Assembly: GCF_009914755.1 (NCBI RefSeq)
Contig: NC_060947.1
Direction: 5' to 3' (one strand)
DNA length: 64,000 bases
Origin: the human T2T-CHM13v2.0 reference genome, Homo sapiens
Shown: positions 43,407-56,600 of the stretch, piece by piece
Layout: every line of letters starts with the position of its first letter
Position numbering within the stretch: position 1 is the stretch's first letter
The notes under the pieces: generated by a model
The model's input: the letters and a program-made list of their open reading frames with translations, nothing else
Told to the model about the DNA's origin: nothing
The model's database searches: none
Translations under genes and position numbers: made by a program

Positions 43407-43895
43407 AGTAGATGCTAAGCTGGGCTGCCCGGACCCCTTTTCAGGACTGAAATACTTCTGACCCCAGCTGCTGGTAGTGCTACTGGCTGACAGTCCTCAG
43501 CTGTTATTCCTGTCTGAGAGCTGGACTCAGCTAAAGAGAGGTGCCTAGCCCAAAGTTACCCACTATGTCCCCGAGACGGGCTGCACGTATTGGTTGATGG
43601 GAGAGTTGTGGGGTATAAAATCCTGGGTCCCTTGCTGCAACTCAGGACAATTCTGAAGGGCTATTCTACCTTCAGACTTCAGAGATCCTCCTGGGGAAGG
43701 CTAGGAAGGAGAGGCGGAGGGTTGATTGTGTTGTAGTTGTGACTGTATGGTAGCCCAGCTTCTCCTTCTGCCCAATCCTGCTCCCTTTCCTTTCCTCCGC
43801 TCACAGGTGTTAATCCTGAGAGCACTCTCCAATAAAATTCCTTCATGCTAATCACTTTCTCAGAATCTGCTTTCTGGGAGAACTTGACCTCCTGA
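43407..43895 (+). mobile_element. ERVL LTR16-like solo LTR
   Basis: CCCAGCTGCTGG...CTTCTCCTTCTGCCCAATCCTGCT...CCAATAAA...CTCAGAATCTGCTTTCTGGGAGAAC. Confidence 0.75.
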
Positions 43896-46800
43896 ATTGT
43901 CATGCTGAACAAGGATTTTAAAAATATACTTGCCTAAGAAATATATGTGGTCTCCAAAGGGAACAAGATGGAGGATTCTCACATGCAGTAATTGTGCCTG
44001 AATTGCTACTGAACTTTTGGTTGCCCTTTAAGGAGACCTATAGATAATACAGGTTTGCATTATCATCAGTTACAAGCAAGAATCTACTGAAGGGGCGGAG
44101 TGTTGGAGCTATAAAGCTTAGTGCAACCCTATACGTGCCAAAGAAAGTGTTTATCCAGAGACAACTGCACATGAAGGTAAAGAATCACAGAAGGCATGTT
44201 TTCAGCATACCCATTTTCTTTTTAAGACCTGATTATCAATGAAGAAATCAAATAAGTAAGTTCTGACCTGTCATTAGAACCCTACTCCCGCCACACACAC
44301 ACACCATGGTATTTCTGAATAAATCTCTAAGACTGCATTGAGTTGAATATCATCAATTTCTTATGGCCAACATAATACATAAAAAGGAAAAAGGAAGGGA
44401 AACTTGTTGCTTTCCGGGGTAAGCCTAAAGAGCTTAATTATTGTATACACACCATTCTACTATTAGATATATGGATGAAAAATACTTTATCGGTGCATTA
44501 TACTGTGGAATTGTAAGTGTGTAGGTATAATTACAGAAACATATTGAGTATTTTTAGAAAAAGGCTCAATCTGATATGAAAGGTTATTTTGCCCAGGTTA
44601 TTTTTAAAATGTGATAAATTAGGAACATTCAAAGAACTCAGTCTTCTGCTAAATAACACTTTCACTATGGCCTGGCATTGTTATAGAGTAATCACATAAA
44701 ATACTCTGAATCTTTCCTTCCTAGTTTATTTGCAATTTAGCCACTATCATTTCCTATGATATTTTAGGAGAAAGATTAAAGGATCATTATTTTGTTCCTT
44801 TTTTTGGTGAGATATAGGTCAGAGAGACCTTAGTAGCACCTGGATGTAAGATCAAAATGATTCTTGCCATATCAACCGCTACTCATAGAACCAGAGTTAA
44901 TCTGAAATTCAAATTTCCTGTAACCATAACAGTTCCTACTAGTTTGCTAGTAAATTGCATTTTGATTTTAAAACATAACTTTATATTGTACTTGTGAGGG
45001 GAAGCTAGAATTTTGTCACCTATGGATATACAGCACTTTGTAGAAAGGATTCCTTTTAATCTCTAGCAATTCTATTAGTAACGTGCACTAATGAGAAGCA
45101 AAAGCTGTCAACATTGCCTGGATTAGTAGTCCATTCCTAGCAAAACCAACTCTGTGGTTTTATCTGTTTTTGGGCAACATCTACCTAGAAATATGACTGG
45201 AGAAGGGTGGTGGCAATGAGAGAATGTTTCTCTTTTCTCCTCTGTTATGAAACTGTAAGGCGAGGAATATATGACATCATTTTAATTTAACTTCTGATGC
45301 TTGCTTTTCATCCACAGCATGAAGAATGGCAGATCTAATGTACAGCATGGAAGATAATTTTTAAAGCTAACATCCACATAACTCTTTATATGTTTTCAAA
45401 CATATTCAGAGTTATTCTATCATCACTTCATAAGATATTTTCCATTTTTCTACCTACCTTCTTTTTCTATGTATACTCAGCTGGATATTTCATTCTCTGC
45501 CAATGGCTTTACACTCGATACAGATTATCTTTAATTCTGAACCTCATTCTTATTTCCACATGCCTACCAACATCTAATTCAATAATTCATCCATGCATCC
45601 ATTCCGTACCTATTGTGTACCAGGATCTGTGCCTGATGATGGTGACAGAAAATCCAATAATACATGGACTTTGGTATTTAACATATTCAAGTTTAACAGA
45701 GGGTACAGATAGGTAAACATTTAACTAGAGTTACAATGTAATTAAGGCTATAAACCATCTGGAGTCCTTCCCAGTAGCTCAAATGTAACATATATCAATC
45801 TGCTTTCATAAACTTCTATCTCAATTTGCCAAACAAGTGATAAATGTATCTTAAACATGTTTTACTCTTTCCATCAAAAGAGGTGGAGATCATCCAGCAA
45901 GGCTTTATCTCAAAATAGAGTGATGGATGCTTAACAAAAGTTTGCCTAACTAATTTTCATAAAAATAAAAAACCTTTTAGATATACAGTACAGGCTTTTG
46001 CTGGTTTCATTTTAGGGCTGGAGAGATTGATTCTGAGAGAATTGTAATGATGTTCCCAAGGTTGTATACAAGTTAAGTGGCAGAGCTGGGGGTATAGCCC
46101 AAGTCTTGCATTCTAGAAAAGAAGTTTTTGTAACTCTGAAGACAGATATTGGAATACACTCCTCTCTGATATATTCATTGTACTAAAAGAAAGAAAGGCA
46201 CAAGGAAGATTATGTCACTGAATCCTGGTCTTCATTTTAGAGCACAAATTTAATTTTCTGTTATTGCCATATGCAGGGTCGTTGAAACATACAAATACCT
46301 ACACATAAGGGAACACATACATACAAAGATATTCTCCTACCCAAACTATTGCAGAAAAGATCTGGCTGCTCTTTGCTTTAAAATAAAAATCCATTTTTAA
46401 TGCAAATTTGCTGGTTTGCCGTTCACCAACATATGAATTAACGAGGTTTTCATCCCCTCTCTCTTGAGGTCTGGTACTAAATTACTCAAACTCTCCAGAG
46501 TTAATTGGAAACCATGACCTAAATGTTCCCAAAGTATTGCTGATTAGTTCTCAGAAAACTCATTCCCATCTTTTGTCACCCCAGACACCACAGGATGACT
46601 TTTTAACATGTGCAGTAGCAACACACTGGCATGAGAAATAGATTAATCCTCCAAAGATAAACCACAGCTTTGAAGCTATCTGTGTAAACTTCCTTCACTG
46701 ATACAGACATTTTATTTTTTAAAAAAAATATACATATCACCTAGACTTTAGATAGTAAGAGAGTATAGGCATTATCAATCACGTAAGGAATTTTGAAAGA

Positions 46801-47947
46801 CACATTTCATCTCTCATTTTTTTAACCTTATGAATGTTTTTAAAATAGAGATTTGCGAATTTATCATTAGGGAAACAACCATAATTATACACTTTCCCTA
46901 AAACCATTAGTACTTTCCTGAAAAGACCTGCATTAGGAGACAGCAGTAGAAAATGTGTTTTCTACTTTACTTTGCATTACCCGTTTCATTTGATTTGTAT
47001 TTCAACTCATAAATCACTGAAAAAAATTAGTTGATAAAGAAATGTACACAGTGTTATGAGCAGATGAAATACACGTCTCTATACACACATATTTTTTTCT
47101 TTCTTGAATTTTTAAAGAGATTGATACTCTTTAAGATCTGCATTTTATATTTTTCTGCTGATACAATACGAAAAGGTACTATTTGGAGAGGTTGAAATAT
47201 AATGTTGGGAGTAATGAATTACATTTGGTTTGGTTAATATACAGAGACTCAAAATATCCTTTTGGGCATTTATACAACTGTAAGGGATCTTTAGAAAAAA
47301 ATGCAGTTAACACTACTTCCCAGATAATTACACACTTAAAATTGGTGTTGACCTATAGTTGGACACATTTCTGTTCTAAATAAATTCTCAATGATTTGTA
47401 TAATGCGAATTTTTAAGTTGGCTTTGGTTACTTGCAGTGATAAACTCTTTAAAGATATATTTCCTAATGTTGATAGACTAAGCAGCTTTTCTTCTCTCCT
47501 AAAAGGATTTGTTTAAAATAGTATAAAAACCAATTTAAAAGATGAGCCTAAGATCATCTCTTACAAACCTGATAAGACTGTGCAGTTATATATATCCTCA
47601 TCCACAATAACTTAGAGAAAAACAGAACAAAACAACTAACTGTAGCTTGTTAGTTGTTGATACATAATATTCAGAAGACAGCAAAGCAGGCAGGTTCAGT
47701 TTTCTAATATCAAATGGCAAACACACAACAGATTCACTTTAAAAGAAAGAAGTGGCTAAAAACATATCAACAGATGAAATAAACTTATAGTAGAGTCCTG
47801 TCAGTGGAATTTGGAAATACGAACAATTTCATAACCGCTGATCTAAATTCTGAATTATGATATCGAAATATTTGTGACTTTTATTACCTAGTCTCTTACT
47901 CAGTACTCTCTTGTGGTTAATAATACACATTTGAAAGGGCCCTTTTA

Positions 47948-48520
47948 GCAAAGCACATGAACAGACACTTTTTAAAAGAAAACATACATGCGACCAACAA
48001 GCATATGAAAAAAAGCTCAACATCACTGATCATTGGAGAAATGCAAATCAAAACCACAAGGAGATACCATCACATACCAGTCAGAATGGCTATCACTAAA
48101 TAGTCAAAAATAACAGGTTCTGGAGAAAAAGCATTGCTTATAAACTGTTGGTTATAGTGTATGTTATTTCAGTCATTGTGAAAACCAGTGTGGAGATTCT
48201 TCAGAGATCATGGATGGAGCTGCAGGCCATTGTCCTTAGCAAACTAATGCAGGAACAGAAAACCAAATACTGCATGTTCTCACTTATTAGTGGGAGCTAA
48301 ATGATGAGAACACATGGACACAGAGAGGAACAACAGACGTGGAAGCCTACTGGAGTGGGGAGGGTGGGAGGAGGGAGAGGATCAAGAAAAATATCTAATG
48401 TGTACTACGCTTAATACCTGGGTAACAAAATAATCGGTACAACAAACCCCCATGACATGAGTTTACCTATATAACAAACCTGCACACGTGCTCCTGAACT
48501 TAAAATAAAAGTTAAGAAAA
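47948..48520 (+). mobile_element. L1PA (old) 3' fragment with an internal deletion
   Basis: ATGAACAGACAC...GAAATGCAAATCAAAACCAC (ORF2 end) to the 3'UTR/AATAAA; degenerate TSD GAAAGGGCCCTTTTA / GAAAAAGCCATTTTA. Confidence 0.9.
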
Positions 48521-50539
48521 AGCCATTTTATATTCAACATGTATTGTTATAGTATTTTACACTAAAATAATGTTCTGCAGTTTTCAAGCTCCTTTGACAG
48601 GATCCACAGATAGCACCTCCTTTCATATTTTAAATAGCTTGATGAGGCTAATGAGGCAGGTTGTAATTATCATGAACAGTTTATAGATGAGGAACTTAAC
48701 TTTCAGGGAAGCTGGGTGAGTTGCCAAAATAAATGACAAATCTTGAAACAATCTAGTCCACTGTACTATAAGACATTACCTCTCAAGGTAGACTTGCCAG
48801 TCTCCCTGTGAAGTAAATATAATGGATATTAATATGTCACTATTCTCAAAAGCCCTTTGTTTTCTGTTATTATTATATGAATTAGGATTATGGGGTATGT
48901 GTGTATATATGTGTGAAAAGAGAAAAGAAATTATTATTCCTTTGCTTACCATCTTCATCCGTCATCTATGAGATGTGTTACAATAAATACTGAACTTTGA
49001 ACTCGAGGTAAGCTTGAGGATTTGATTTAGAAAGAAGGCATTACAGGCATTAATCGAATATTTTAATTCTTATGAAATTATACAAAGTTATAGTACATAC
49101 AATTTTGGCCTTCTCTAAATGATAAGTTAGTAAATGTTGGTTAATGATACAGAGAGTATCTGAATGTCTATGTATTTTGGGATATCTTTTACATAAAATT
49201 TCTAACATGAAAATAAAATACTTCATACATTGCTTTACTAGACATTTTACAGTGAAATAAATACATTTTAATAAAACCAACTGAACGATGAATTAATTTG
49301 TCGAAGTGACTTAGTTTAAGTAGATTCTAAAAGAATTGCCCTTCTAATTGTAAACCTATTTTAATGGCTCAGATATGATTTACAAGACAAGATGTGGGAT
49401 TACAAGTAGCTTGAGCTAATTAAAACTTATCAAAATAAAGATTTAAAGTTTCTTGCTTTCGTACTTTTAATTACCAGGGTGAAAAATTGCATTTAAAAGA
49501 CCTAGATACTTTGAAATGTATTGATGGCCTTTTATAAGATCAATTAAAATTTATAAAGAACAGTCATAATTTAGGATTTATTTTTTTCAATTAGAAGTAC
49601 AACATGAAAGGAATGAATCTGAGGGTGCATCTGGTTTTAAGAATCCTCTGACTTATGAATATACCACTTACTATAGTCTGGATATTCATCATCGTCATCA
49701 CCATTCATCAACCACAACTTACTGTAAATTATTTGAGGGCAAAGATTCACACCACAGTTCCTGGCAATTTAATAGATACTCAATAAATTTAATTAAAGTC
49801 AATAAACCTACTACCGATAAGGTATACAGCTTCTAAAAACAAGGCCATAGGCTCTTGTTCTTAAAAAACTTAAAATTTTCTTGATGTGAATTTATTGAAT
49901 AATAATTTATATTTATATAGAATTTTAGAGTTTAGACATTGCTTTCACATAAATTATTTCAGTTGAACCTCATAATAATTTGAAAATATTATCTTTGTTA
50001 TAAAAAACTATTGTTCAGTTATAACCAAGATGTTTAAAAATGAGAATGAGCAATTCTGTGCCCAAAATTGTGTTTTGCTTTGCAAATGTACAGATATTCA
50101 ATCTTTGGAATTTGTATCTTTCATCAAATTTTATATTAGCCATGAAAGTGAAGGGGTGGACTATTTTACTGGGCAACACATTGTATTTAGCTGTCAATGA
50201 CTGAGTTTCTGTTACTCTTCCACGAAAGTTAACAATTTTTTTTCTGAATTTTCAAAATGAGTGTCTGCAAAAAATGTTATTTCAATACTTTCTAGGTGTA
50301 TTAAAGAAATAGACAGCATACAAATAATAACTTCTGTCAAAATTAACCTGTTATTTTGGCAAATGTTCAGATTGCCTATAAGTTTGATCCTGGTCTTCAG
50401 ACATCAAGTACCAAAAGTGCCTTAAAACGCATCCTGTCCAGACACCCATTTGGCTTCTGTCACCCAAAATACTCCTGCCCTCCCTGCTTTTTATCACCCA
50501 TAAGTTTGATGGGCCTCCTCTCTGTAGTTCTACTCATGT

Positions 50540-50790
50540 TCTGTCAAAAACATCCAGTGTGTCAGGGTTGAGAACAGAAGCTTGTGACATAGCACCAGAG
50601 ATCTTCCATCACCACCTGACACTGGTCTATTAATCGACATCCTTTGCGTAAAATCATGAAGTGGCTTCTAAGCCATCCAATTTATCTTGCATCTAGCCAG
50701 TATTTCTCCAACTTATTCACAAGAGTATAACGAAAGACTTTGTCAAATGCCCAGATGAAATGCAAATAGACTGCTGCATTTTACTTACCT
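50540..50790 (-). mobile_element. L3/CR1 LINE fragment
   Basis: ATTTCTCCAACTTATTCACAAG...AGACTTTGTCAAATGCC...GAAAT resembles reverse L3 RT region. Confidence 0.55.
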
Positions 50791-51299
50791 ACTTGTCTAA
50801 AAGTTTTTCATTGTAAAACATTATTTTATCTCAATAATTTAGACAATAGGGATTTATCCCTGTATGCAGGTATATCTGTGTTGTTTTACTAAATTAGCTA
50901 ATCTCTTCAATAAATGGGTTCATATTTCTCTTATAGCCTCCACGTAAGTTGCATTTAGCATTTTAAATGTCTTGGACAGCTACAATAATATCTCTTATAA
51001 TTTTTACATAAAATTCAACTGCATTTATCAACAACTGGTTAGGGGGCGATTGATATAGCTATGTGAGGGGAAGGAGAATAGATGAGTGTTATCACCACCC
51101 TTTTATAGAGATCATGCCATTCAAGTGGTGAAAATAGATTATAATTGCAGTGATAATCACAGAATTGTAAAAGACTGGGCTAGACAATCTGGCAGGTCTG
51201 AAATGGTAATTTCATTTAGTCTTGTAAAAATGGCAACTGTATCACTCAGAAATAGGTTAGGTGCTCCGAAAATACTGCTATTTCATTAATTCACAAATC

Positions 51300-52066
51300 A
51301 GTATTTGTCTGGAAAGATATTTAACCAAATTATACAGACCACAAAAAAAAGAGGCATCCTAGAAATTGAGGGAGGACATTTGACTATCACAGTGATTGAA
51401 GAGTGTTACTATAATAGCATTCTGTGGAGAGGGAATGAAGATGGTAGACTTCTTATACAACAAAGAACTCTCCCAAGTCTGACAGCACTTTGGAATATCC
51501 CACTGGACATGCATGTATGTGGAAACCCTGTTTATAAACACCTAAACCTGGAACGTAACTCAATTTTACACGTAAACATAAGATATTTTCCTCATGATTT
51601 TAAGACATTGAATTTTTCAGCCATGCAACTAACTGCCATAACGATCCAAGAAAAAATTTATTTCATGGTGTTAGGAATTTTGCCAAGAGTTGTTCAGCAT
51701 TTTGGAAAATTACGCTATGGATGACCAATGCCCCTCATGGTATTTGAGTCTCCATACAACACAATGGTGTCATTCTGCATTTGTTTATACTGCATTGATA
51801 GTCTCGTGATCTAAAAACTTCACTTGTGTTCCAGTGTGATCCTGCCTGAATAACTGCATACTACAACACATATTATTTTATTATAAATGACTCTTATTTC
51901 TCTTTAAAATAGAGTTACGGCATCATTTAAACTATTGCCTGTATAAGTAGGGTATGTTGTCTACATATTTTGGCTTATAATCGTAAAGAAGGTATTACAA
52001 AGTATTTGTTATTTAAAAAAGAAAAGAGGGGTGGCATTGGGTCTGAGAAGTTTGAAAACCACCGAT
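51300..52066. mobile_element. hAT-Charlie DNA transposon remnant (Charlie7-like)
   Basis: Ends in GGCATTGGGTCTGAGAAGTTTGAAAACCACCG, a hAT-type TIR. The left boundary is uncertain. Confidence 0.5.
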
Positions 52067-53382
52067 ACAGAGCCACTGGGGAATCTCAAGAGAAAGTTTA
52101 TTATACTGAAAATTAATAGAATTTTTCAGGAGAGAATGAGGATGTGTCCCCTCCCTGTGCATCCAATCTCTGATCCCTAGAGCTCCATAGAGAATGAAAT
52201 AGCATTTTAAAAATTGCTCTCTTCTACAACCAGCTGTGACTATCGGTGAACCGGAGGTCTACTTCATATACGAACCTGAATTAAAAACAGCCAGCCCTTG
52301 AGTCAGTTCAGAGCCCACGTTCTTGATTACATTTGACACAATAATCATCATCATATCTTAAGACTCAAATCAGCCTGACAGTGCTCAACTCAGGGCTGCT
52401 TCTCCCAATTAGCTGAAAATTGCAGCCCAGCTCATCTCCTAGGGAATACGTTTACATTTACAATTTTGCTGTGGCAAAAAGGCAACAAACACGCTGGAAG
52501 GAGCAAATCAGCTTTTTAACTTTTACACTAACTATTTTAAGTTTACCTAAGTCTGGTAAACCTGTTTTGACAAGAATGACAACGAGGAAGCTTTTTTTGT
52601 TATGATTTTTTATAACTGCGCAAAGTTTAAGATAACTAGAGTTTGGACTAGAAGGGGAAAACAGATACACAATGTGAATATTTTTACAAGTTACTTGTCA
52701 AATGAAAGCTTTCAGAAGAAACAGCCTTTCTTTGGTAAACGGTGCATTAAAATAATTTGCAACTAATAGATAGGGACATGTAATTTGAAAACAAAAAGTG
52801 AGTAAATGTCAAGGTCCTAGGAAATATTTTCCAATTATATGCTAACCCGATAACTCCATGTCCATGTGACATAGCGTTATTCTGTGTAATTCTGTAAATT
52901 ACTTCTCTCCTATATTTCTGAGGGGTGGAATAACCAAGGACATTTTTGTGCATTTTGTTTCCTCAATTATGATACCTTTCTATGCAGATCAGGGCAGTTT
53001 GCACACACTATGGGAAAAATGGAAAGTGACAAGGTAACCATGCTTCATGGTGGCTGTGCTGAAGATTTGCTCAGATAACAGTGTCCTTATGCGCTGTCTT
53101 CTAAGCGGATGACAGTGCAGACATGGAAGAGAAATATGCAGATGGGAAAACATGAATCTAGAAAAGTGGGAAAAATACTGAGGAGCAGGAGACCTGGAAA
53201 AGTAAGACAATTCTAGAGTGGGCTGAGATAGAAGACATGTTGTAACCACTGGGGACAGGAAAACATGTGAACAGGAACATGTATATAAGCTGACAGTGTG
53301 CAAGAGCTCACAGAAAGCAAATGCTAACAGTAATAGAGAAATACCATTGAGGCAGAGGTAGAGATAAAAAGAAATAAGGAGG

Positions 53383-53685
53383 GATCGGCCATGGTGGCTC
53401 ACGCCTGTAATCCCAGCACTTTGGGAGGCCAAGGTGGGTGGATCACGAGGTCAGGAGTTCAAGACCAGCCTGGCCAAGATGGTGAAACCCTGTCTCTACT
53501 AAAAATACAAAAAAAATTAGCAGGGCGTGGTGGTGGGTGCCTGTAATCCCAGCCACTCGGGAGGCTGAGACAGAGAATTGCTTGAACCCAGGAGGGAGAG
53601 GTTGCAGTGAGCCAAGATCGCACCACTGCACTACAGCCTGGGCAAGAGAGCGAGACTCCGTCTCAAAAAAAAAAAAAAAAAAAAA
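53383..53685 (+). mobile_element. AluSg-like SINE
   Basis: GGATCACGAGGTCAGGAGTTC...CCAAGATGGTG; TSD AAAAGAAATAAGGAG / AAAAGGAATAAGGAG. Confidence 0.95.
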
Positions 53686-56600
53686 GGAATAAGGAGAGAG
53701 GCAAAGTTGAGGACAGGCGCACTGGGGAAATGACAGAAATAACAACTCAGAGAAAAGTGAGTAAGTGCAACATCTCTTTGAGTCTTGTTATTCCCAAACA
53801 TCCCTATTCACCCAAAGATTAACATTTCCTACAAGACACCATGTTATGAATATCCTTAACTAATGGATATCCCTCAAGAAGAAATATTTATTTTTCTTAT
53901 AGTACAGTTACATACATTTGGGAATTAGAATGGATTTTTAATTGGTTTCTGATCCAAGTTTTAATCATTTTGCAGGAAAGAAGCCAGGACTCTTACAACA
54001 TATGAATACTCATCTATTATGTATAATATCATTTAAGTGGATTTTGCCCCAAATCTTTGTGGATGTGCATAATTGAAGAAAAAGATAATGTTATTACTTC
54101 TCGGTAAATTAATTGACGGTTTCTCCTTTAAGATTGGTCAACAATCTGAGTACTATGAGCAACACTTCTTCTATAGATTCTGTTCTCCTTTAGAAAACAA
54201 AATTCACGTCTTCTGTTGTAGAATTAAATCTTTGACAGTTCTTAATGTTGAGAAAAATAAAAATATCCTCACGAAAGTCAACATTCTTTAATATTATTGA
54301 GAAAAGAGTATACATTCACATTTTATTAAAACTACGGTCCACTGCTATAAGTGTCATGAAGTTAACATATACCTAGTAAAGTTTGTAAAAAATAATCAGA
54401 AATAAGCTTTAGTGAAAAAATCCACATGTTGAATTTTGCTGTTTCTCACATTACCTTAAAGTGTTTTTCCAAATTCTAGCTTAGCCAAATCATAAGGAAA
54501 CTGAAATAGAAATCCTTTGAGTGACTACTACATACTTTAAATTATGGATATCATGTTGTAAAACATCTGGCTCATTCTTGTGCTGTCATGATTTTCCAAA
54601 ATAAAACATTTGCTGTTTAGATGTTGTCATTTAAAAAGACCCTTAATGATTAGTCAACTGATTTGCTTTAGTTGATTTCAAAGTATATGCTAATTGACAA
54701 CATTGATGATGACACAATACTTAAAAATCCCATACAAGTTGTCCACTGAACAATTTGGTCATTTCCTTATTCATTTCCTTATTAATGCTCACAGAAGCAT
54801 AGTTATCATTTTTTTTTAGTGAGTCACAGAATGGGAATTAATTTATTTTAATCCAATGTTCCGTTTTCCTTATTTTGCTCTATCAGTTTTGTGAGCCCAA
54901 AGAAATAAAGTTGACCACAGCAAAAGCAGTGCTGGGGAAGAGGCCAGTTTATAGGATAACTGCAATACCTTTTACTTGGAAATATGTTTGAAGATCACCT
55001 GAAAGTTTAATTGACACAGGATGGGACAGCACATCTAGGAAAAATGGATGCCATTCAGACAATCGTTCTTCCGATTTTGATCTGACTATCTGTTCGCTTT
55101 GCGGTGTATATCAAATTGTTGAATTAAATTTCAAAAACATCACAGGTCTACAGGGAATCATTAGTTCCCCCAAGTACTTTCGAGAGTTGACTGTAGCTCT
55201 TTTACTTCCCTGCTGTAATGACAGGAAACGTGGTCTGAATTTATTGCTATCTCCCACCTCTCTTAGAGACCATTGTTCATTTCACTCATCCATTTTCCTT
55301 CCTGAATAAATGTCAATAGGAAAAATTGGTTTTGATAAACTATATTTTATAGTTTGATAAACTATATATGCTTTCTTTTTCACCTTCTTATTGACAACAT
55401 TTGTCCGATTATATTAGCAGGTTCCAGGACTAAGTTTAACAATTATTGTTAAGAGTTTTTGTAGGGAAAAATGGTATTTCTTGTAGATATATTAGTAGTT
55501 GATAATTTATGTAAAAATTTAGTGTTTGTGATAGGCACTTTTTTAAAACTTTTCATTTGAAAATATGAACATCATCCATTTCCCCATCTAATCATGTCTT
55601 TCCTGAAGCATATATTTTTAAAGTAGCTCTTAAAACTTGCAACATGTGATGTAGCTATAATTATTTTAATCTGCATGAAAAATAATAGGATAAAAATTAA
55701 AGTATCAGTGTAATTTTGATGTTAGAACTAATAACATTGCACATTTGTTTTGTTAGTGAAATATGTGCTCAAATGATATAAGAATAATATTAGGTAAATA
55801 TGGAAAAGTAGTTCTATGAAGAATACATTTTTTAAAAATCTTAGTTCATCAATGCAGTGAAAGCAAATACAGAATTCTCTAGATTCTCCCATTAAATTAT
55901 AACAGTATTCAGAATTCTTTCAATATATGGTGGAAGAAGCAAAAGCTGATATTAATAGAATATTATGCCTTTTCTCAGAAAAACATTATACTTTCATAGA
56001 ATGTGGACTCATATATATGTATATGGAGAATTTTGTTCAATGTGCTCAATATCTATTGCAGTATCTGGCAAAGAGTGAGTGCTTAATTTTTACTGAAGCA
56101 CTTAATTAGAAAATGGCAAATATATGTCAGTATCAGTATTTTCACCATAGATACTTTCATTATATAGTAATCACAGTAGTGCATATATAACTGCCACTGT
56201 CTGATTCTGACTTGTACTTTCAAAGTTAGAATAATAAAGCTCTGCCAGGTAACCCATTTTCAAAAGCAAACTTTGGCAAAACTTTGGAATACAAAAAAGA
56301 AGATGGAGAGAAACTTGCCTTTCCAGGAAGAATGGCAAAGATGTGGTGAGATGCCCTCTTAGAGCCAGTATGTTAATACGCTAATAAAAGTAGAAAAGAC
56401 TTACTAGAACTATTTGAAATATCAAAAAGTAACACATCACTGTATGTGAGAAAATTCTCAAAAAGTTACAGAACCTAACATCATATAGGTGATGCTGCAA
56501 TGTAAAAACACACACACACACAGAAAAAGGAGACTGATAGCAAATACAAGAATTTCTGTGTCAGAATTAACACAAACTGGTGTTTTGAGCTTAGGAAAGT

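Noticed and set aside
51305-51724. 139-aa ORF
   Set aside because: It lies within a decayed DNA-transposon-like region, has a non-ATG start and shows no recognisable domain.
52989-53432. 147-aa ORF, the longest in the track
   Set aside because: It starts inside an Alu, has low-complexity L/S/F/H composition from a pyrimidine-rich strand, and has no splice or homology support.
54760-55370. Short direct repeats (CATTTCCTTATT x2; TTTGATAAACTATAT x2), similar cases near 4438-4535, 24901 and 40638
   Set aside because: Ordinary slippage micro-duplications in AT-rich intron.
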